DNA of 64,000 nt from an uncultured Pseudomonadota bacterium. GTDB lineage: Bacteria > Myxococcota_A > Polyangia > Fen-1088. Position numbers and translations under genes: made by a program. The stretch lies in NCBI GenBank assembly GCA_963847705.1, contig CAWKBC010000029.1, positions 160,001 through 224,000 on the forward strand, given 5' to 3'. Of the stretch, positions 13,029-23,882 are shown piece after piece (positions within the stretch are counted from its first letter, which is position 1; the number at the start of each line of letters is the position of its first letter). Under the pieces are notes generated by a model. The model saw only the letters and a program-made list of their open reading frames with translations, was not told the origin of the DNA and did not search any database.

Positions 13029-15041
13029 ATGGCGGACGGCGACTTCGTCGACTATCTGGTGGCGCACGGCGCCTACGCCGAGGCGGCGCGCGCCGCCGTC
13101 GGGCGCGGCGAGCTGGCCCGCGCCATCGCGCTCTACGAGCGGGTCTGGCGGTTCGCCGACGCCTGGCCGCTGGCGCTGACGCTCGGTGATCGGGCGCTGG
13201 CGGTGCGGCTGGCGCTGGACGCCAACCTGCCGGCGCAAGCTTCCGAGATCGCCGAAGCGACCCCGCCCGAGGGGCTGCTGGCGGTGGCCGAGGCGTTTGC
13301 CGCCCGCGGGCGGTCGTTCGAGGCGGCCCGCACGGCCGAGCGGGCCGGCGCCTGGACCCGGGCCGCGGCCTGGTACCGCCGCGCCGGGGCGCCGCTCGAC
13401 GAGGCGCGCGCGGAGACCCGGGCCGGCGCGCTGCGCGAGGCCGGCCTCATCTATGAGCGGTTGATCGGGCAAGGAGGCGGCGGCCACCCGGTCGGCGACG
13501 AAGCCACCTCGGCCCGCCTCGCGCTCGGGCGGCTGCTGGCGCGCCTCGGCCGCGCCGAGGAGGCGGTCCGGCATCTGCAGATCGCCGCGCGCGACCCGTC
13601 GGCGCGGACGGCGGCCTGGCGCGCGCTGTGTGGGCCGCTGCTCGCGCTGGGGCTGCCCGGTGCGGCCGCCGAGATCGCCGCGCGGCTGCACGCCGCCGAC
13701 GCGTCGTTGCCGCGCGCCCCGGGAGAGCTGGCGCTCCTGGAGGAGGCCGCGGCCGAGACCGGACGCCAGGGCGGCGACGGCAACGACGGCGGCGACGTGG
13801 GACGCCGGTATCACCTTCGGCGCCTCATCGGCGCGGGCGCCGTGGGCCGCGTCTACGAGGCGTTCGATTCGCTGCTGGGGGCGCCGGTCGCGCTCAAGCT
13901 GCTGGTGGTGGGCGGCGGCGGGGGCGGTGATCCGGAGCGCCAGGCCTACCTGCGCTACGCGCGTGAGGCCGAGGCCGCCGGACGGCTGCGCCATCCCAAC
14001 ATCGTCGCGCTGGCCGACGCGCAGCCGGCTTCGGGGCTGTTCGTGTTCGAGCTGATGACCGGCGGGACCCTGGCCGACCGGCTGGCCACCCAGGGGCCGT
14101 TGCCGCTGGTGGGCGCGCGGCGGCTGGCGCTCGACCTCCTGGCGGCCCTGGGCGCCGCCCACGAGCGCGGCATCATCCACCGCGACGTGAAGCCGGCGAA
14201 CGTCCTTTACGACGCCGCCGGCAACGCCAAGCTGGGGGATTTCGGCAGCGCGCACCTGGCCGACTTCGGTCAGACCCAGACCGGCGGCTTCTTCGGGACC
14301 GTGGCGTACATGTCGCCCGAGCAGATCACCGGCGCGCCGATCGGATACGCGGCCGATCTGTACGCGCTCGGCGCGACGCTGGTCGAGGCGCTCACCGGAA
14401 AGCCGCCGTTCTTCGGGCCGGATCTGGTGGCCCAACACCTGGGCGAGGCTCCCCCGCCCCCTTCCGAGCGCAGGCCGGGGCTCTCCCCCCTGCACGACGA
14501 AGTGCTGCTGCGCGCGCTGGCGAAGGCGCCCGGCGAACGTTTTGCCTCGGCGATCGAGATGGCGGAGGCCATCGTCGCCTGGCCCACGGAGGCGACGGCG
14601 ATCGGAACGGCGACCGAGACGCGCGCCGCCGCCGCGGCCGCCCCGACGGAGAGGGCCGAGGAGACCGCCACCATCGAACGGGAGCTGTGGCGCACCAGCG
14701 AGGCGCGCCTGGTCTCGCGCCGCGATCCGCGGACCGCGCGGGAGGTGCTGGTCGAGGAGCACGCCTCGCCGCTCGACAGCGCGGCCTTGCAGGAGCTGCG
14801 CGAGGTCGCCGCCGCCGGTGGACCGCAGATCCAGCGTCTGCTCCGGCTCGACGCCGAGCGCCGCGCCATCTGGTACGAGGTCATCGAGGGCGAGCCGCAG
14901 CCGCTCGCCGCGCTCACCCCGCCCGAGCGCGCCGCCCTCGCCGCTCACCTCGACCGTCTGCCCGCGGCCCGCCGGCGGGCCTTCGTCCGCACGCCCGCCG
15001 GCCCGGTGGTGCTGGTGGCGCCCGTGCCCCTCAGCTGGTGA
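13029..15041 (+). CDS. Hanks-type Ser/Thr protein kinase with an N-terminal helical/TPR-like region
   Basis: GAGAVG.V, VALK, HPNIV, HRDVKPAN, DFG, YMSPEQ, DLYALG. Start 12960 or 13029. Confidence 0.9.
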   Translation: MADGDFVDYLVAHGAYAEAARAAVGRGELARAIALYERVWRFADAWPLALTLGDRALAVRLALDANLPAQASEIAEATPPEGLLAVAEAFAARGRSFEAARTAERAGAWTRAAAWYRRAGAPLDEARAETRAGALREAGLIYERLIGQGGGGHPVGDEATSARLALGRLLARLGRAEEAVRHLQIAARDPSARTAAWRALCGPLLALGLPGAAAEIAARLHAADASLPRAPGELALLEEAAAETGRQGGDGNDGGDVGRRYHLRRLIGAGAVGRVYEAFDSLLGAPVALKLLVVGGGGGGDPERQAYLRYAREAEAAGRLRHPNIVALADAQPASGLFVFELMTGGTLADRLATQGPLPLVGARRLALDLLAALGAAHERGIIHRDVKPANVLYDAAGNAKLGDFGSAHLADFGQTQTGGFFGTVAYMSPEQITGAPIGYAADLYALGATLVEALTGKPPFFGPDLVAQHLGEAPPPPSERRPGLSPLHDEVLLRALAKAPGERFASAIEMAEAIVAWPTEATAIGTATETRAAAAAAPTERAEETATIERELWRTSEARLVSRRDPRTAREVLVEEHASPLDSAALQELREVAAAGGPQIQRLLRLDAERRAIWYEVIEGEPQPLAALTPPERAALAAHLDRLPAARRRAFVRTPAGPVVLVAPVPLSW

Positions 15042-16299
15042 AGAGCTGGGTGACGAACAGGGGGCGAGTCCCCGTCACCTCGGGACCGAACACCACGCCG
15101 ACGCCGAGCCGGCGGGCCCGCGGATCGAGCAGGTTGCCGCGGTGGCCCGGACTGCCGACGAACCCGCTCTCCGCCTGCTCGGGGCTGTAGGCGCGGCCGA
15201 CGTTCTCGAACACGATGTCGGGGTTGAGGCCGGCGCGCCGGACGCGATCCATCGCCGTGCCAGTGCGGGGTGACAGATGCCCCACGAAGTCGTGGTCGAG
15301 CATGTCGTGGCAGTGCGCGCGCGCGATCGCCGCCAGCCGCGGGTCGGCGGTGACGGGCGGCAGACCGGCGCGCGCCCGATCGCGGTTCACCAGCGCGACG
15401 ATCTCCCGCTCGGCGACGACCGGATCGGTGGAGCCTTGCTGCATCCCCACCCCGCCCCGCCAGACCGCCGGCGGCGAGACGCCGCAGTAGACCGGAAAGT
15501 TCGCCAGCACCGTCGGGCCGACGGCGCCGGTGGCCACGATCTCGAGCTGGTAGCGCCCGCTGGCCCGGCAGCGGATCTCGCCGGAGAGCTCGCGCCCCCG
15601 CGTCGGCGGGGCCTCGTGGACGTGCCCGTCCGGTGAGGTGATCACCAGCTCGGGATCGCGGTAGGCGGCGTCGATGCGCGCCGCCACCCGCGCCCGGTCG
15701 CCCAGGCGAAGGCGGCGGGCGATCGCCGCGCCGAGGACGACGGGCGTCTCCTGGAATCCGGCCACCACCTGCACCTCCGGGCCGCTGCGATCGATCCCCA
15801 CGCCGATCCGGCCCACGGGGCCGCCGCGCAGGGCCGCCGCGAACTCTTCCCGGGCGCGCGCCCGGATCTCGGCGTCGGTCCCCGGGGTGGCGCGCGCGAA
15901 GAAGAAGTGCGGTGACGGCTCGACCAGACCGTAGTGCGAAAGCAGGAAGGCAATCGCCTCCAGCGACGGCAGCTGGTCGCCGCCGAGGTGGCGCGCCAGA
16001 TCCGTCATCGCCCAGTCGAGCCGCGTGTCGGCGCTCGGCAGGGGTCGCCCTGCCCGCCGGGCCGCAGCCCGGGCGTCCTCGACGATCGCGTCGCGCAACG
16101 GATCGCCTGGCGGTCCGCCGCGCGTCGAGGCCGCCGCCGTGTAGGCGCCGACCGGGGCCGCGCCGGGGATCATCGGCGCCGGGGAGGGCGCGCGCCCCCC
16201 TCCCGTCGCCTGCGCCGACCAGGCGACGGCGAAGGTCAGGGCCAGGGCGCAGACCGACGCCGACCCCGCCTTGCGGCCGGAGCGACCGGCGCGCCTGGG
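15031..16299 (-). CDS. CAP/SCP-domain exported protein
   Basis: VNRDRARAGL, ARAHCHDM, ENVG, SPGHRGNLL. Start uncertain. Confidence 0.8.
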   Translation of the reverse strand, partial: PRRAGRSGRKAGSASVCALALTFAVAWSAQATGGGRAPSPAPMIPGAAPVGAYTAAASTRGGPPGDPLRDAIVEDARAAARRAGRPLPSADTRLDWAMTDLARHLGGDQLPSLEAIAFLLSHYGLVEPSPHFFFARATPGTDAEIRARAREEFAAALRGGPVGRIGVGIDRSGPEVQVVAGFQETPVVLGAAIARRLRLGDRARVAARIDAAYRDPELVITSPDGHVHEAPPTRGRELSGEIRCRASGRYQLEIVATGAVGPTVLANFPVYCGVSPPAVWRGGVGMQQGSTDPVVAEREIVALVNRDRARAGLPPVTADPRLAAIARAHCHDMLDHDFVGHLSPRTGTAMDRVRRAGLNPDIVFENVGRAYSPEQAESGFVGSPGHRGNLLDPRARRLGVGVVFGPEVTGTRPLFVTQLFTS

Positions 16300-16300
16300 A

Positions 16301-17722
16301 CTACTTCTTGTCGTGGAGGTCGCCGCCCTTGGCCGCCGCGGGCGTCTTGCGATCGGGCGCCGGCGCGACAGTCTTCGGCCCGGGCGCGCTTCCGTGCGCC
16401 GCCGGCTTGCCCGCGGTTGCCACCGGCGGCGCGATCTTCCCGTCGGCGTCGGCGAACACCAGCTCGCCGAACCGCGCCAGCGCGTGGAAGTCACCGACCA
16501 GCGGCGGGGACCATCCGGCCGCCTGCTGGGGCTTCCCCTTGGGCAGGTCCATCCGGTACATGTTGATGCGCCAGACGTCGCCCGGCTCGGGCGGCAGCCG
16601 CACCGCCGACTTGTCGTCCATCCCCTTGACGTCCTCGAGCGGAATCGCCAGCTCGGTGGTCCACCCCTTGTCCTGGTCGTCGCGCTTGTTGAGCGTCCCG
16701 TCGACGTGAACCTTGGCGATCATCTTCGAGTTCCAGGAGAACGGCTTCAGCTTGGGGTCGACCGTGTCCTCGTAGCGCCGCGGCGACGGCAGGTAGGTGT
16801 CGAAGATGTTCCCGTTGGGCGCCACCTGCAGCTCGATGTAGGTGCGGCCGTTGCCGTCGGCGTCGATCATCAGCTCGTCGGCCTCTTCGGTCCAGAGCTT
16901 GTCGTCGCGTTTCGTGAGGTCGGTCCAGACGTCGTCGTCGGTGTTCTCGAACCCGACGTAGAGGTTCTTCTTGTCCCAGAGCAGCTTGGCCTCGGTGTGC
17001 ATCAACGGCTGCACCGGTGCGCCGGTCATCGTGTTGACGAACGGGCCCGTCGACGGCGCCGCCGCCCAGACCGCCTCGTCGAGCTTCCCGTCGAGCTTGG
17101 GCGCCTGCCCCTTCGCCACGAAGCGCGCCAGGTAGCGCTTGCGGGTCTCGGCGACGGCTGCCGCGCGCACCGGGATCGACGCCGCCAGCACCCGCCCCTC
17201 GTTGTCGTGCGCCCCGCTCTTGATCGGCATCCGGGTGTCTCCCCGCCACAGGCCGACGTAGACCTCGACCACCGGGTAGCTCCAGCTGTCGGGCAGCTTG
17301 ACGGTGTGGATGTCGCGGATGATGTCCCCCGCCTTCCAGGCGCTGACCGGATACTTCCCCTGGATCGGCGTGTGGTCGGCGTTGATGTAGCTCTGCTTGC
17401 CCGGCCCCTCGAGGTGCGTGAACGTCTTCCAGCCGTCGCCGGGGGCGGCGACCACCTTCCAGTACTGCGTGAGCTTCAGATCCTTGCCCCCTTCGGCCGG
17501 CAGCGGGTCGACGTCGAGCCCGAGAAAGACCACCTTCCCGTCGAGATCGGCGTTCACCGCGTAGCGGGGGGCGGGGGGCGACGGCAGGAGGTTCTGCTTG
17601 GCGACGGCCAGATCGTCGGTGGAAGGCTTGTCGGCGTCCTGCTCGACGCAGGCGCCATGGACGAACACGATGGGCACGAACACCATCGGCACGACCGCCA
17701 ACCGGATCGCCAGAGTGCGCAT
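16301..17722 (-). CDS. Lipoprotein with a carbohydrate-binding family 9-like (DOMON-like) domain
   Basis: Lipobox HGAC, PKLDGKLDE..W, AKLLWD, WTTELAIP, WRINMYR, WSP...DFH. Confidence 0.8.
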   Translation of the reverse strand: MRTLAIRLAVVPMVFVPIVFVHGACVEQDADKPSTDDLAVAKQNLLPSPPAPRYAVNADLDGKVVFLGLDVDPLPAEGGKDLKLTQYWKVVAAPGDGWKTFTHLEGPGKQSYINADHTPIQGKYPVSAWKAGDIIRDIHTVKLPDSWSYPVVEVYVGLWRGDTRMPIKSGAHDNEGRVLAASIPVRAAAVAETRKRYLARFVAKGQAPKLDGKLDEAVWAAAPSTGPFVNTMTGAPVQPLMHTEAKLLWDKKNLYVGFENTDDDVWTDLTKRDDKLWTEEADELMIDADGNGRTYIELQVAPNGNIFDTYLPSPRRYEDTVDPKLKPFSWNSKMIAKVHVDGTLNKRDDQDKGWTTELAIPLEDVKGMDDKSAVRLPPEPGDVWRINMYRMDLPKGKPQQAAGWSPPLVGDFHALARFGELVFADADGKIAPPVATAGKPAAHGSAPGPKTVAPAPDRKTPAAAKGGDLHDKK

Positions 17723-17798
17723 GCGGCCGTTTCTAACCAAGGGGGGGGCCGTTTGCAATGTCGCGGGACCCACCCGGCGCCGCCGGCGCCAGCCCGGT

Positions 17799-18491
17799 TC
17801 AGCCGCTCGGCGCGGTCGGAATCTGGTCGGGCGGCAGACCGCGCACGCCCCGCGCCGCGACCTCCAGGATGATCTCGGCGCGCGCCGTCGTCTCACGCAT
17901 GAAGAGGAAGATCCTGTCACCCAGCACCCGCCTGAGCTCGGGCGCCGGAACGCCGATCGCCTCCAGGCCGGCGTGGCGCGCCAGGTAGAGCGCCCGCGGC
18001 AGATGGTAGCGCTGCGAGACGACCAGCAGGGACCGCACGCCGGTCGCTGCGGCATCGGCCATGCTGGCCGCGGTTCGAAAGCCGCCGCGATCGATCACCA
18101 CGTCGCCCGGCGCGACGCCGCGGCTCTCCAACCAGGCGGCCATGGCGTCGGGCTCGTCGTAGCGCGGCCGCACCATTCCGGACACGATGATCCGGCGCGC
18201 CAACCCCGACCGATAGAGCTGGAGAGCGGTCTCCAGGCGCGCCGCGAGCTCCCACGAAGGGACGCCTCGCAGGACCTGGGCGCCGAGCACCAGGGCGTAG
18301 GGACGCGGCGGGATGCGGCTGAAGTCGGCGATGATCGCGTCGCGGCTGCCCGCGATGAGAGAGGCGTTGGCGGCGCCCACCAGCGCGATCAGCAGGACGG
18401 CCGCCAGCGCGAACCACTTCCCCCACCGCCCCTGCCCGGCCTTCCCCGCCTCGGTCGGGATCGCTTCCGCTGGGCGCGCGTCAGCCGGCAT
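17799..18491 (-). CDS. SanA/YdcF-like (DUF218) membrane protein
   Basis: ALVLGA, RLETA..LY, IIVSG, E..AM, D.GG.RT, VSQRYHLPRALY. Confidence 0.85.
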   Translation of the reverse strand: MPADARPAEAIPTEAGKAGQGRWGKWFALAAVLLIALVGAANASLIAGSRDAIIADFSRIPPRPYALVLGAQVLRGVPSWELAARLETALQLYRSGLARRIIVSGMVRPRYDEPDAMAAWLESRGVAPGDVVIDRGGFRTAASMADAAATGVRSLLVVSQRYHLPRALYLARHAGLEAIGVPAPELRRVLGDRIFLFMRETTARAEIILEVAARGVRGLPPDQIPTAPSG

Positions 18492-19110
18492 CGCGGTAAA
18501 CCTTCGCCGCGCCGATGTGCCCCAGGCGGTGCCAGCGGACATATTGCCGCGACAGATGAAACAGGATCTCGTCGCGGCTCATCCCCTGCTCGACCACCCG
18601 GTCGACCCACTCGATGGCCACGTCGCGCGCGTCGGGCGGATGAAACAGGAAGGTGCGCCCGAAGATCGCCCGCTCGCCGTCCCAGATGACGCGCGCCTCG
18701 AACACGTCCCCGTCGGAGATCCCGGCGGTGTTGCGGCGCTCCAGCACCGAGAAGCGCGCGCCGCCCAGGAGATCGTCGATCTCCAGGACGCGATCGGCGG
18801 ACGAGGCGAGCTGGAACAGGCTCCGGTGGCTGGCGGCCAGGTGCGCCAGCGCGCGGCGCTCCTCGGCGGGCGCTTTTGCCGCGGACTCGACGGCGTGCGC
18901 GATCGGCACCTTGCCCCCCAGGCCCATCGACGGCCGCTCCAGCACGTACCACTCCAGGAACGACGCCATCCGCCCTTCGAACAGCTCAGCGTCGTCGTCG
19001 AACACCTTGCCGGCGCGGTCGAAGTACTCCTCGCGCGCGCGCATCGCCTCCAGCCGAAACTCCTTCTCGCTGTAGCGCTCCGTCAGCCGGTCGAGCAGCG
19101 CGTAGATCAT
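18481..19110 (-). CDS. Conserved hypothetical protein
   Basis: MIYALLDRL... coupled to the carA stop. Globular composition with FLEWYVLER and FLFHP. Confidence 0.7.
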   Translation of the reverse strand: MIYALLDRLTERYSEKEFRLEAMRAREEYFDRAGKVFDDDAELFEGRMASFLEWYVLERPSMGLGGKVPIAHAVESAAKAPAEERRALAHLAASHRSLFQLASSADRVLEIDDLLGGARFSVLERRNTAGISDGDVFEARVIWDGERAIFGRTFLFHPPDARDVAIEWVDRVVEQGMSRDEILFHLSRQYVRWHRLGHIGAAKVYRDAG

Positions 19111-19112
19111 GC

Positions 19113-20300
19113 TCAGCGCCGGCGGCGCTCTTCCATCGCGACACGGAAGCGGTCGAAGAGGTAACCGGCGTCGTTGGGCCCGGGCGACGCCTCCGGGTGG
19201 TACTGCACGCTGAACACCGGCAGCGTCGCGTGGCGCATCCCCTCGACCGTCTTGTCGTTGAGGCTGACGTGCGAGAGCTCGGCCTTGCCCGCCAGCGAGT
19301 CGACGTCGACCGCGAAGCCGTGATTCTGCGAGGTGATCTCCACCTTGCGGGTGCCGAGATCCATCACCGGGTGGTTGGCGCCGTGGTGCCCGAACTTGAG
19401 CTTGTAGGTCTGGCCCCCCAGCGCCAGACCCAGGATCTGGTGGCCGAGGCAGATCCCGAACACCGGGAGCTTGCTGGCGCAGAGCTCGCGCGCCGCCTCG
19501 ACCGCGTAGTCGACCGCCGCCGGATCGCCGGGGCCGTTGGAGAGGAAGATCCCGTCGGGCTTCATCGCCAGCACCTCGCGCGCGGAGGTGGCCGCCGGCA
19601 CGACGCTCACCTTGCAGCCGGAGGAGCGGAGGTGGCGCAGGATGCCGCGCTTGATGCCGTAGTCGTAGGCGACGACGTGGTGACGCACCGGCGGCACCAC
19701 CACCGGGCCGCGGACCGGCGCGCGCGGCCCCTGCCAGAGCGGCTCGTCCCATTCATAGGCCGACGCGGAGGTGACCTCGCGGACCAGATCGCGCCCCTCC
19801 AGCGAGGGATGATTGCGCGCGCGCGCGACGGCGGCGGCCGGATCGCCGACGGCGCGGGTGATCACCGCCCGCTGCGCGCCCGAGAGCCGAATCCGCCGGG
19901 TGACCGCCCGGGTGTCGATGCCGGTGATGCCGGCGACGCCGTGGGCGGCCAGGAGCTCGTGCAGCGAGCCGGAGGCGCGCCAGTTGGAGACGACCGGTGA
20001 CAGCTCGCGCACCACGAAGCCCGCGCACCAGGGGCGCGAAGATTCGAAGTCGGTAGGGTTGATGCCGACGTTGCCGATCTCCGGCGCCGTCATGGTGACG
20101 ATCTGCCCGCGGTACGACGGGTCGGTCAGCACCTCTTGATAGCCGGTGATCGCCGTGTTGAAGACGATCTCCCCGGCGCCCGAGACGTCGCCGCCGTCCG
20201 CGGCGCCGAAGCCGAAGCCACGGTAGACGGTGCCGTCCTCCATCGCCAGCAGCGCCGGCGGCAGACTTGATGTTGAATCGTTCGAGGCGTCGACAGTCAC
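19113..20300 (-). CDS. carA: Carbamoyl-phosphate synthase small subunit
   Basis: [52 protein letters not shown]. Confidence 0.97.
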   Translation of the reverse strand: MTVDASNDSTSSLPPALLAMEDGTVYRGFGFGAADGGDVSGAGEIVFNTAITGYQEVLTDPSYRGQIVTMTAPEIGNVGINPTDFESSRPWCAGFVVRELSPVVSNWRASGSLHELLAAHGVAGITGIDTRAVTRRIRLSGAQRAVITRAVGDPAAAVARARNHPSLEGRDLVREVTSASAYEWDEPLWQGPRAPVRGPVVVPPVRHHVVAYDYGIKRGILRHLRSSGCKVSVVPAATSAREVLAMKPDGIFLSNGPGDPAAVDYAVEAARELCASKLPVFGICLGHQILGLALGGQTYKLKFGHHGANHPVMDLGTRKVEITSQNHGFAVDVDSLAGKAELSHVSLNDKTVEGMRHATLPVFSVQYHPEASPGPNDAGYLFDRFRVAMEERRRR

Positions 20301-21589
20301 GAGATGTTCTCCCCGGAGTAGACGATAGCACCGCCGACGATGGTCAACACCGCCCGTCCCAAAAGCGCGCGGCCGGCAAAAGGGGTGTTGCGCGAGCGCG
20401 AGCGGATCGCCGCCGGCTCGCAGGTCCAGGCGGCCTCCGGATCGACGACGGTCACGTCGGCCGGCGCCCCGGCGCCGAGCGAGCCCCCCGGCAGGCGGAA
20501 CAGCGCGGCCGGCGCGGCCGAGAGCCGGGTCACGAAGGCCGCCGGCGTGAGCAGCCTGGCGCGGACGAGGTCGAGCACCAGCGGCACCGCCGTCTCGAGG
20601 CCGATGATCCCGAACGCCGCCTGCTCGAACTCGACCTCTTTTTCGACCGGCGAGTGGGGCGCGTGGTCGGTGGCCACCGCGTCGATGGTCCCGTCGGCGA
20701 GCGCCGCTCGCAGCGCCTCCACGTCGGCCGCCGCGCGCAACGGCGGGTTGCACTTGGCGTGCGTGTCGTAGTGGGCGCAGGCCTCATCGGTCAGCGTCAG
20801 GTGGTGGGGCGTGACCTCGCAGGAGACCGGCAGCCCGCGCCGCTTCGCCTCGCGCACGAGGCGCACCGAATCGGCGCTGCTCACGTGCGCCACGTGGTAG
20901 CGCGCGCCGGTCAGCGCGCAGAGCTCGAGGTCGCGCGCCACCATCGCCGACTCCGCCGAGGAGGGCTGGGCGCGGATGCCGGCCCGCGTGGAGACCGCCC
21001 CTTCGTTCATGGCCCCGCCCGCCGACAGGGTGAGATCCTCGCAGTGCTGCACGATGGTGAGATCGAAGGTGCGCGCATACTCCATCGCCCGGCGCATCAG
21101 CTCGGCGTTCATCACCGGCCTGCCGTCGTCCGAGACCGCGACGCAGCCGGCCTCCTTGAGCTCGCCCATCTCGGCCAGCTGCTCGCCGCCGAGGCCCTTG
21201 GTGATGGCGCCGACCGGGTAGACCCGCACCACGCCCGCCTGCCGGGCGCGGTTGATGATGAGCTCGGTCACCGCGCGGCTGTCGTTGGGCGGCGTGGTGT
21301 TCGGCATCGCACAGACGGCCGTGAACCCGCCGGCCGCCGCCGAGCGCGTCCCGGTGGCGATGTCCTCTTTGTACTCCTGCCCCGGCTCGCGCAGGTGGGT
21401 GTGCAGATCGATGAGCCCGGGCATGACCCAGCGCCCGCGCACGTCGACGACCCGAACGCCCGAGCCGACGCGGGCGGCGATCCCGGGGGCGACTTCGGCG
21501 ACGACGCCGTCCTTCAACAGAACGTCCGCCTCGGCGTCAAAACTCCGCCGAGGATCGAGGACCCGGCCGCCGCGCAGACAGAGATCCAT
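20297..21589 (-). CDS. pyrC: Dihydroorotase
   Basis: [40 protein letters not shown]. Confidence 0.96.
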   Translation of the reverse strand: MDLCLRGGRVLDPRRSFDAEADVLLKDGVVAEVAPGIAARVGSGVRVVDVRGRWVMPGLIDLHTHLREPGQEYKEDIATGTRSAAAGGFTAVCAMPNTTPPNDSRAVTELIINRARQAGVVRVYPVGAITKGLGGEQLAEMGELKEAGCVAVSDDGRPVMNAELMRRAMEYARTFDLTIVQHCEDLTLSAGGAMNEGAVSTRAGIRAQPSSAESAMVARDLELCALTGARYHVAHVSSADSVRLVREAKRRGLPVSCEVTPHHLTLTDEACAHYDTHAKCNPPLRAAADVEALRAALADGTIDAVATDHAPHSPVEKEVEFEQAAFGIIGLETAVPLVLDLVRARLLTPAAFVTRLSAAPAALFRLPGGSLGAGAPADVTVVDPEAAWTCEPAAIRSRSRNTPFAGRALLGRAVLTIVGGAIVYSGENIS

Positions 21590-21602
21590 TTGCCGGGTCC
21601 CC

Positions 21603-21631
21603 TTGTTAGGGGGTTACCGCGCCTCAGTCAA
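21603..21631 (-). promoter_or_regulatory. Candidate sigma70 promoter for pyrC-carA (TTGACT-N17-TAACAA)
   Basis: Near-consensus -35 and 17-bp spacer, weak -10, 13 bp from the pyrC ATG. Confidence 0.45.
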
Positions 21632-21646
21632 CCGGTTTCAATCCAT

Positions 21647-21721
21647 CGGGGACCCTGAGAGGGTCCCCGTGCCCCCGCCCCACGGACTTCGCGCGGCGGA
21701 GCGGCGCTCCGTCCACGCGAT
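21647..21721. repeat. Dispersed hairpin repeat, copy 1
   Basis: ggggaccct-gag-agggtcccc hairpin, then acggacttcgcg...gctccgtccacgcgat. Similar to 32506-32618 and 39496-39570. Confidence 0.75.
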
Positions 21722-21732
21722 GTTCCTTCTCC

Positions 21733-22272
21733 TCATGCGCGGTCGACGAACAGCCGCAGCCGCTTGAACCAGATCAATTTGCTCTCGAAGCCCGGAAAGC
21801 TGGCGTTGAGCCCGCTCGGGTTGGGGACCACGAAGACACGCGACCCGGCGATCGTCTCGCGCTTCGCGCCGGGACCCGGGCCGGCCGCGATGCCGAAGTA
21901 GGTCCGGTAGAGGCTGACGCCGACCAGCGCCACCACCGCCGGCCGCCAGGCGGCGATCTTGCGCTCCAGCACGACCTGCCCCCGGGCGAGCTCGGCGCGG
22001 GTCAGCTCGGCCGCCGTGCGGGTCGTGCGCGGGCACAGGTTGGTGAGCGCAATGCCGAACTCCGCCAGCCGCTGATCCTCGGAGTAGTCGATGAGCACCG
22101 GCGTCAGCCGCGCCGCATGCAGCAGCCGCCAGAACGGGTTCCCGTTGCCGGCGAAGTGGTGCCCCACCGCGCCCGACCGGCGCCCGGGGTTGATCCCGAC
22201 CAGCAACAGCCGCGGCCGATCGACGACAACGTCCTGGAGAAGCTGGACTCGACCGCTCGACGCCTTTGCCAA
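21733..22272 (-). CDS. mug: Mismatch-specific uracil-DNA glycosylase (Mug/TDG family)
   Basis: VGINPG, GHHFAG.GN.FW, TNLC.R.T, VPNPSGLNA. Confidence 0.9.
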   Translation of the reverse strand: MAKASSGRVQLLQDVVVDRPRLLLVGINPGRRSGAVGHHFAGNGNPFWRLLHAARLTPVLIDYSEDQRLAEFGIALTNLCPRTTRTAAELTRAELARGQVVLERKIAAWRPAVVALVGVSLYRTYFGIAAGPGPGAKRETIAGSRVFVVPNPSGLNASFPGFESKLIWFKRLRLFVDRA

Positions 22273-22295
22273 GGGACCAGTACATGACCATAATT

Positions 22296-22541
22296 ATGAC
22301 CATGTTGAAGGTCAACATTCACGAGGCGAAGGCCAACCTCTCCAAGTACATCGCGGCTGCCGGGCGTGGTGAGATGGTCGTCATCTGCCACCGCAATCTC
22401 CCCGTCGCCGAGCTCCGCCCCCTCCCCCGCGCCCGGACGAGACCGCGACCCGTCGGCCTGGCGCGCGGCGAATTCAAGATTCCGCGCAGCTTCTTCGAGC
22501 CGCTTCCCGACCAGGTCGTGGCCGGCTTCCACGGCGAATGA
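22296..22541 (+). CDS. Phd/YefM-family antitoxin
   Basis: VNIHEAKANLSKYI..A..GE.VVI...N.PVAEL. ATGA overlap with the toxin gene. Confidence 0.9.
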   Translation: MTMLKVNIHEAKANLSKYIAAAGRGEMVVICHRNLPVAELRPLPRARTRPRPVGLARGEFKIPRSFFEPLPDQVVAGFHGE

Positions 22542-22924
22542 AGCTGCTCCTCGACACCTGCACCCTGCTCTGGATCGCCACCGCCGACCGGGCGCTCTCG
22601 CGCACCGCGCGCGAGGCGTTCGCCGATCCGGAGAACGCCGTCTATTTGAGCGCGATCTCCGTCTGGGAGATCGCGCTCAAACACTCACTCGGAAAGCTGC
22701 CGTTGCCGAGACCTCCGATGGTGCTCATTCCCGACCTGCGGGCGCGGCACCAGATCGAATCGCTCCCGCTCGACGAACGGGCCACGCTGGCGGTCGCCCA
22801 GCTGCCCAGCCTCCACCGAGATCCCTTCGATCGAATGCTGATCTGTCAGACGATCATGGGTGGGCTCACGCTGCTCACGCCTGATCCGCTGATCACGCAG
22901 TACGCCGTTCCGACGCTCTGGTGA
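22538..22924 (+). CDS. vapC: PIN-domain (VapC) toxin
   Basis: LLLDTCTLLW, SAISVWEI, HRDPFDRMLI. Confidence 0.93.
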   Translation: MKLLLDTCTLLWIATADRALSRTAREAFADPENAVYLSAISVWEIALKHSLGKLPLPRPPMVLIPDLRARHQIESLPLDERATLAVAQLPSLHRDPFDRMLICQTIMGGLTLLTPDPLITQYAVPTLW

Positions 22925-22931
22925 GCGCGGT

Positions 22932-23882
22932 CTACTCGGACGGGCCGGCGTCGCCGCCGGCCAGGAGGTAAAGGACGGCCATCCGGATGGCGACGCCGCG
23001 GGCGACCTGATCGAGAATGACGGCGCGCGGGCCGTCGGCCACCGCGGGGTCGATCTCGATGCCGCGGTTGATCGGGCCGGGGTGCATGACGATGGCGTCG
23101 GGCTTGGCCAGCGCCAGCCGGCGCGGGTTGAGGCCGAAGTAACGCGAGTACTCGCGGGTGTTGGGGAAGAGCGCGCCGCCGATGCGCTCCTTCTGGATGC
23201 GCAACATCATGATGACGTCGGCCCCCTCCAGCGCCGGCTCCAGCCGCTCGTGGATCGACACGCTTCCGGGCGTGCCCATCGCCTCCAGCCCGGGCGCCAG
23301 CAGCGTGCGCGGCGCGACGATCCGGACCCGCGCCCCCATCTTGGTGAACGCCCAGATGTTCGAGCGCGCCACCCGGCTGTGGCGGATGTCGCCGCAGATG
23401 ACGATGTCGAGCCCCTCGAGCCGCCCCTTGTGCTTGCGGATGGTCGAGCAGTCGAGCAGCGCCTGGGTCGGGTGCTCGTGCGCGCCGTCGCCCGCGTTGA
23501 CCACCCCCGCGTGCAGCCGCGCGGCGAGCATCTCGGCGGCGCCGGCCTGGGCGTGGCGCACCACCACCACGTCGGGGGCCATCGCGTCCAGGTTCCGCGC
23601 GGTGTCCAGCAGCGTCTCGCCCTTGACCGTCGACGACGCCGAGCCCGAGATGTTCACCGCGTCGGCCGACAGCCGCTTGGCGGCGATCTCGAACGACGTC
23701 CGCGTGCGGGTCGACGGCTCGAGGAACAGGTTGATGACCGTCTTGCCGCGCAGGGTCGGCACCTTTTTGATCGGGCGCTCGTTGATCTCCAGGAACCGGT
23801 CCCCCAGATCGAGCAGCATGGCGATCTCCGCGGCGCTGAGCGACTCCATCCCCAGCAGGTGCCGGTGCGCGAACCCGGTCAC
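22932..23882 (-). CDS. pyrB: Aspartate carbamoyltransferase catalytic subunit
   Basis: [41 protein letters not shown]. Confidence 0.97.
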   Translation of the reverse strand: MTGFAHRHLLGMESLSAAEIAMLLDLGDRFLEINERPIKKVPTLRGKTVINLFLEPSTRTRTSFEIAAKRLSADAVNISGSASSTVKGETLLDTARNLDAMAPDVVVVRHAQAGAAEMLAARLHAGVVNAGDGAHEHPTQALLDCSTIRKHKGRLEGLDIVICGDIRHSRVARSNIWAFTKMGARVRIVAPRTLLAPGLEAMGTPGSVSIHERLEPALEGADVIMMLRIQKERIGGALFPNTREYSRYFGLNPRRLALAKPDAIVMHPGPINRGIEIDPAVADGPRAVILDQVARGVAIRMAVLYLLAGGDAGPSE

